Shown: piece by piece, positions 59,288 through 64,000 of the stretch | Position numbering within the stretch: the first letter of the stretch is position 1 | Layout: every line of letters starts with the position of its first letter | NCBI GenBank assembly: GCA_038883335.1 | Contig: JAVZMI010000002.1 | Span: 9,242-73,241 of the forward strand | DNA: 64,000 nt | Direction: 5' to 3' | Source: Candidatus Bathyarchaeia archaeon | GTDB taxonomy: Archaea; Thermoproteota; Bathyarchaeia; Hecatellales; Hecatellaceae | Program-made: the position numbers and the translations under genes | The notes under the pieces: generated by a model | Seen by the model: only the letters and a program-made list of their open reading frames with translations | Databases searched by the model: none | Told to the model about the DNA's origin: nothing

Positions 59288-59434
59288 CTCCGAACCGTTT
59301 AACATCTCCACCTCGGCCCAGCAGACCTTTTGGCGTTTTGCACTAGCGGGGAGTAGAAAAGTGAAAGCTGTAAACTGTTTAATTTAAAAGGTTAGAAGAG
59401 CTTAACTTACGCTGGATTTACTGAGGGTTAAGGC

Positions 59435-60151
59435 ATGCGTAAGAGCCTATTGGAAGAGATGACGTGGGAGGAGGTTGAGGAAGCACTGAAAGTATCTAAG
59501 ACTGTAATAGTTCCTTGGGGTTCAACCGAGGAGCATGGATACCACCTCCCACTTGCCACGGACTCTCTTATAGCATACGAGATCGCGAAGAGGGCCGCGG
59601 AGAGAACTAAAGCCCTAGTAGCACCTCCCATAAACTATGGCCTCTGCAGAAGGACTGCGCCTTTCCCTGGGACTGTGACCATTAGCTTCGACACTGTTCG
59701 AGACCTGATGTGGGACATCTGTAAAAGTCTCTACAATGGTGGTTTTAGGAGAATCATCATCTTTCCAGGCCACCTCGGCGCGGCACACTTAACAGCCTTA
59801 GAGATGGCTGCCCAGATCCTCCTCCAGACCTTCCCCGAACTCAAGATTGCCATAGTAGATCTACCAAGGATGCTGAGGAAGCTAAAAGGTCTGATAGAGG
59901 ATGAGAAAGATCTCCACGCGGGGGAGATTGAGACGTCGATGGTTCTTGCTATTAACCGAAGCCTTGTGGCGGCAGATAAGCTCGTAGCTGAGCATCCCGT
60001 GTTCCCCGACCACATTGTCATAAAGGAACCACGCCGCTACATGACCTCCGGCATCATCGGTGATGCTACAAAAGCCTCAGAGGAGAAAGGAAAGATGCTC
60101 CTTGAGGTAGCCGTCCAAGGGCTTAGCAACCTGGTAATGGAGTTGGAGTAG
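59435..60151 (+). CDS. Creatininase/amidohydrolase family protein
   Basis: GSTEEHGYHLPLATD, FPGT, GH, HAGEIETS and SGIIGD motifs. Confidence 0.9.
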   Translation: MRKSLLEEMTWEEVEEALKVSKTVIVPWGSTEEHGYHLPLATDSLIAYEIAKRAAERTKALVAPPINYGLCRRTAPFPGTVTISFDTVRDLMWDICKSLYNGGFRRIIIFPGHLGAAHLTALEMAAQILLQTFPELKIAIVDLPRMLRKLKGLIEDEKDLHAGEIETSMVLAINRSLVAADKLVAEHPVFPDHIVIKEPRRYMTSGIIGDATKASEEKGKMLLEVAVQGLSNLVMELE

Positions 60152-60208
60152 AAGAATACGCCGTTTACGATACTCGATACTCTATTGAAACTCAGTAGTT
60201 GATTGTCT

Positions 60209-61138
60209 CTATTTGCCGGTAGGGTAGGGTTTCGCAATTATTGTGAGACCCTTGATGCCCTCTATCTCCCGCCTCAAATCGCGTTCTATGGCGTCTTTCA
60301 ACTCACCTACCTTGTAGAGAGTAAGATTCCCGTCCACAATAATACATATCTCACCAGCAAGATAAGGCCCCAGCTTACGCAACTTTATGCTCTCAACTTG
60401 AACTTTGTAGACACCCTCCACGACCCTCTTGATTTTGTTAATGAGATCTGGGCAGTAGCAAGCGTCCACAAGAACCAGTGATGATTCCTTAATCGCCATG
60501 TACGCTATTTGGATGATGAAGCCGGCTATCACCATAGCACCAATTGCGTCCATCTGGTAGAAGCCTAGATATGCTGCGATGAGACTGGCGAAAATAATGA
60601 AGGACGCGGAGCCATCCTTAATCGAGTTATATGCGCCAGCCTTAAGTGAGACCATATTGTATTTTTGTGAGATGCGCCTCATCTGGAAAGCACGGTATAG
60701 GGAGATACATCCAGCCCCAAATATAGTGGCCAAAGCGATGTGAGGATAAAAGAGCTCTTGAGGGTTAATAAACCTTTGATAAGCTTGGTAGAGTATGTAG
60801 GATGCAACTCCCACCATCGCTATAGCTGTGACCAGAGCGGAGAAGGTCTCCACCCTAAAGTAGCCGTAATGGAACTTTTTGTCTGGAGACTTCATAGACA
60901 ACCTTAAGCCGAGCCAGACGATGAAAGATATAACCGCGTCGCCTAAAGAGTCAACTCCATCAGCAACCAAACCCACACTCTTACTTAACAGCCCGACGAG
61001 AATCTCAACTACTCCAATGCCCAGCAGAGTTAAAACTGATAATTTGGCGATCCTTTCGCCTTCTATGAAGCCACGGCTGTAATTATCCAACTTATCTTCA
61101 CTAAATATGAGGCATGTTAAAAAATGTACTCTGAACAA
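60209..61138 (-). CDS. Cation diffusion facilitator (start uncertain)
   Basis: SVGLVADGVDSLGD, PDKKFHYGYFRVE and TM5 NSIKD motifs; C-terminal dimerisation domain. Confidence 0.88.
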   Translation of the reverse strand: MFRVHFLTCLIFSEDKLDNYSRGFIEGERIAKLSVLTLLGIGVVEILVGLLSKSVGLVADGVDSLGDAVISFIVWLGLRLSMKSPDKKFHYGYFRVETFSALVTAIAMVGVASYILYQAYQRFINPQELFYPHIALATIFGAGCISLYRAFQMRRISQKYNMVSLKAGAYNSIKDGSASFIIFASLIAAYLGFYQMDAIGAMVIAGFIIQIAYMAIKESSLVLVDACYCPDLINKIKRVVEGVYKVQVESIKLRKLGPYLAGEICIIVDGNLTLYKVGELKDAIERDLRREIEGIKGLTIIAKPYPTGK

Positions 61139-61465
61139 CCAAAGTTGACTGTAAGTCGGTTAAGTTCTACGCAAATTCTGTGCTTGTAAGATGCAAGTTA
61201 CCGTTGTTAGAATTAAGGCTTCTGTCATGAAGTTTATCTGGTTTTTAGTGGCTCTATACTTGTCCCCTTTCCTTGAAATATATGGAGGCGATTACTTTTA
61301 CTTTTTACCTGTAAACTTTTGGAAGATAGACACCGCTCAACGACCTCCTAGCCAATGTAAAGTTCTTGTGGCGCCGGAGAATAGAGGGTAATATGCGTTC
61401 AGATTATGCACGTCTGTGTATGCTGATTTAGTGAGAACCTTACTCGTGTTTGGTATTAAGTCAGC

Positions 61466-61732
61466 TTATCCTATTTTCAGCTCTTGTCTTATAGCATTGA
61501 GCAACTCTTCTCTACTTGGGATTTTTCCTGAAGTCACAACTCTACCGTTGACCACAAGGCTCGGCGTGATCATTACGTTGTACTTATCAGCTTCTTCTGA
61601 GAACACAGTATACTCTTTTACTTCAACCGCGTTGCCGAACTCTTTAGCCACCTCTTCGGAGAGCTTGACTGCTGCCCTACATTTGGCACATGGCGGATCA
61701 GAGCCGAAGATTTCTATTTTTACTTTTGCCAT
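61466..61732 (-). CDS. Small redox-active thioredoxin-like protein (MTH895-type)
   Basis: PPCAKC, YNVMITPSLVVNG and GKIPS motifs. Confidence 0.9.
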   Translation of the reverse strand: MAKVKIEIFGSDPPCAKCRAAVKLSEEVAKEFGNAVEVKEYTVFSEEADKYNVMITPSLVVNGRVVTSGKIPSREELLNAIRQELKIG

Positions 61733-61743
61733 ATTTCAACCTC

Positions 61744-62829
61744 CTAACTTTCTTGCATATAAACCCTTACGACCAAAGGGATACTGCCTATGATGAAAGC
61801 AGTTATCGCAGCCAGCGCTATGGTGGTAAGTATGTAAACTAGTGCCTTCTTTGCTGTAAATATTCTTACGATCACTATCATGTTCGGTAGGCTGAGTCCA
61901 GGCCCAGCCAATAGAAGCGCCAGAGCAGGGCTCTTGCCCATTCCTAAACTTATAAGCGTATCCACAAACGGGGCTTCCGTAAGCGTTGCAAAATAGATTA
62001 GAGCCCCGAGCAGTGAAGCCAGAAATGTAGAGAGAAATGTATTTCCACCTAGCCAAGTCTGAATCCACTCCGCAGGTAGTATTTTACCAACAATTCCTAT
62101 GATAAATACGCCGACCAAGAGCAGTGGGAATATTAGTCTGACAAACCACAATGCCTCTTTAAGCCACACCTTAACAGAAGACACACCAAGCTTGAACCAG
62201 GCGTAAATAAACGTTATCACCATAGGTATAAGGAAGATGATAATCTTATGGAGATAGGGTCTCCCTACGCCAAGGTAGTTAGGTAAAAGAAGCGTAGCTA
62301 TAAGTATAATAAAGAGCACCATATGCTTTGAACTAGTTATCTGAGATCTCACTAAAGACGAGGGATTGCCAAATTTTTCGGTTCGTTTTCTCTCTTCTGA
62401 CCTGAAGACATACGTCATTATCAAGCCTACAATGAATGCGGTTGATACGGCGGCGACGATTCTCATAACAGCTATATCCAAACCGAGTATTGCCCCCGTA
62501 TATACTAGGGCTAGCAGGTTGGTCGCTGGCGCTGTCCAGAGTAGAATGAAGGCCGGCCCTAGACTGCTGCCCCTACGATATAAGCCGCTGGCTATTGGGA
62601 TTACTGTACAAGAGCAGACGGCTAAACCTATACCTGCAAAGGCTGCTAGCGGAAAAGATACTGTTTTCTTAGCGGTTGAACCCATATACCGAAGTATGGT
62701 CTCCCTCGAAAGGAAAGCGGTTATCGCTCCAGCTAAGAGGAAGGCGGGAACCAGACAGGTTAATGTGTGGAGGGCTATGTAATCCTCTAACGCATAAAGC
62801 CCAGCAAAGATTAGATTAAATAGTAGAAT
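61744..62829 (-). CDS. ArsP/DUF318-type permease; probable ATT start
   Basis: LAVCSCTVIP, GPAFILLWTAPA, YFATLTEAP and LLAGPGLSLP motifs; the N-terminal segment DYIALHTLTCLVPAFLLAGA lies in frame upstream of the track start. Confidence 0.88.
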   Translation of the reverse strand: MLLFNLIFAGLYALEDYIALHTLTCLVPAFLLAGAITAFLSRETILRYMGSTAKKTVSFPLAAFAGIGLAVCSCTVIPIASGLYRRGSSLGPAFILLWTAPATNLLALVYTGAILGLDIAVMRIVAAVSTAFIVGLIMTYVFRSEERKRTEKFGNPSSLVRSQITSSKHMVLFIILIATLLLPNYLGVGRPYLHKIIIFLIPMVITFIYAWFKLGVSSVKVWLKEALWFVRLIFPLLLVGVFIIGIVGKILPAEWIQTWLGGNTFLSTFLASLLGALIYFATLTEAPFVDTLISLGMGKSPALALLLAGPGLSLPNMIVIVRIFTAKKALVYILTTIALAAITAFIIGSIPLVVRVYMQES

Positions 62830-62905
62830 ATTCTTACCCCTCCTCTGCCTCTAGTCATCCCTTGGCTGACTCCGTTCAACAAGGGATAATATTTGAGATA
62901 TTTTA

Positions 62906-62927
62906 ATATATCGCTATATGCGAATAT
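62906..62927. promoter_or_regulatory. Imperfect palindrome in the divergent promoter (candidate metalloregulator operator)
   Basis: ATAT-A-TCGC-TATAT-GCGA-ATAT adjacent to TTTTAATA. Confidence 0.4.
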
Positions 62928-62991
62928 GTGCATATAAGAATAAAACTTGCTAAAGGAGAAGCTTGAGCAATATGACTGAAACGAAAGAGAC

Positions 62992-63411
62992 CTGGTTGCT
63001 GGGAAAAATACGCATGAGAATGTAATCTATGCCTGCTTTGGCGGTATGTCAAACACAGGCATAGTAACTGCTCTTGCGAGTATTGAAGCAGTTAAGGAGT
63101 TGGGGCTACGAAAAGCCGCCATCGGATGTTTAGGCAGGCTTCCTACGAATGTGCTTTCTGTCCTTGGGAAAACCAGAACGGCCAAGAAAATCGTGACTGT
63201 TGATTGTTGCTCCTTCGAGTGCAGTAAGAAAATTGTTGAGAACTCTGGTTTTAAGGTTAGTAAAAATATCGTACTGGTGAGAGACATAGGCATGAAAAAG
63301 AAAGCGTTGCACGAAGATGTTGGCAGAAACTTGGGGTTGGCGAGTTACGTCTCAGAGGATGATGTGAGAAGGGCAAAGGAGCTAATCATTAAAGCAGTAA
63401 TGGAAGACTAG
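62992..63411 (+). CDS. DGC-domain putative zinc-binding protein (CTG start or frameshifted 5' end)
   Basis: ENVIYACFGGMSNTG, IGCL and VDCCSFECSKK motifs. Confidence 0.8.
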   Translation: MVAGKNTHENVIYACFGGMSNTGIVTALASIEAVKELGLRKAAIGCLGRLPTNVLSVLGKTRTAKKIVTVDCCSFECSKKIVENSGFKVSKNIVLVRDIGMKKKALHEDVGRNLGLASYVSEDDVRRAKELIIKAVMED

Positions 63412-63437
63412 ATTATTCGGCTAGGGCTGATGATTAA

Positions 63438-64000
63438 ATGGATGAAATTAGGAAAGTTAAACCGCCGCCGGAATATCCGCCTGAAGAGGGGTGCTTCCTG
63501 CGGGGCAATGATTATTCCCCTGTTGCTGTCTGCGTGCTCCTAGACACATTCTACGAAAAGATAACCCCCTGGCTTGAATTGCTGGTTCGCACGGGAATTG
63601 AGAGCGGTGCGGCCCTTGCAGGGTATCTTCAGACTGAGAATATTGGGGTGGAGAAGATAATCTGTAATGTTATCGCAAACACAAACATCAGATATCTAGT
63701 TGTTTGTGGGGCAGAGTCAGCTGGACATAGCCCTGGACAGACACTCCAAGCACTGGTTGATAACGGCGTTGATAGTAAGAGGTTTATAGTTGGTGCTGTG
63801 GCGCCTACGCCTTACCTCTATAATATACCTCTCGAGGCGATAGATAGGTTTCGGAGACAGATAACTCTGGTCAACTTGGCACTTGAAGAGGATGTAATGT
63901 TGGCGCGCAAACCTGAAATTATACGGGAAGCAGTACGGTGTTGCTATCAGGAGAAACCTACGCAGTTCATGAAGTGGACACTTTATGACAAGGGAGCATT
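63438..64000 (+). CDS. MtrA-like corrinoid protein (tetrahydromethanopterin S-methyltransferase subunit A family); runs off the window edge
   Basis: Manual translation: MDEIRKVKPPPEYPPEEGCFLRGNDYSPVAVC...GAALAGYLQTENIGVEKIICNVIANTNIRYLVVCGAESAGHSPGQ...NGVD...IVGAVAPTPYLYNIPLEAIDRFRRQ; the His of ESAGH aligns with the MtrA cobamide ligand. Not in the ORF track. Confidence 0.9.
   Translation, partial: MDEIRKVKPPPEYPPEEGCFLRGNDYSPVAVCVLLDTFYEKITPWLELLVRTGIESGAALAGYLQTENIGVEKIICNVIANTNIRYLVVCGAESAGHSPGQTLQALVDNGVDSKRFIVGAVAPTPYLYNIPLEAIDRFRRQITLVNLALEEDVMLARKPEIIREAVRCCYQEKPTQFMKWTLYDKGA

Noticed and set aside
61191..61793. Plus-strand ORFs 61191-61391 and 61416-61793
   Set aside because: The first has no motifs; the second is antisense to the thioredoxin gene.
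63438..64000. MtrA plus mfnB as evidence of methanogenesis
   Set aside because: No mtrEDCB or mcr genes in the window; both genes also occur in non-methanogens.
1..64000. CRISPR arrays, IS elements, integrases, rRNA and tRNA genes
   Set aside because: None recognised by eye; short or intron-split RNAs could have been missed without a covariance search.

Overview
Archaeal chromosomal window, most consistent with a TACK lineage such as Bathyarchaeia (inferred from the unsplit Rpo1 and Rpo2, mfnB and a tail-less uL10). It is mostly housekeeping: a complete AMP phosphorylase / R15P isomerase / form III RuBisCO cluster, RNA polymerase, several fragmented ribosomal protein clusters, the membrane part of an A-type ATP synthase, glmS, EF-1alpha, pyruvate kinase, an rml plus glycosyltransferase locus, and secE-spt5-L11-L1-L10. 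I found no tRNA, rRNA, CRISPR array or transposase. Elements missing from the ORF track: truncated AMP phosphorylase (1-655), rpl39e, secE, a truncated MtrA-like gene (63438-end), a 42-aa basic micro-ORF, an amber-interrupted wHTH gene, and a C/D box sRNA (41430-41491) whose two guides fit 23S helices 69 and 71. The best candidates for undescribed biology are (i) an MtrA-type corrinoid protein inside an ars-like permease / thioredoxin / DGC / CDF locus, (ii) a Nudix plus eIF-2B-like isomerase fusion near the RuBisCO cluster, (iii) a UPF0182 / membrane-anchored Hsp20 / coiled-coil gene trio, and (iv) repeated use of non-canonical start codons. All family calls come from motif recognition, not database searches.
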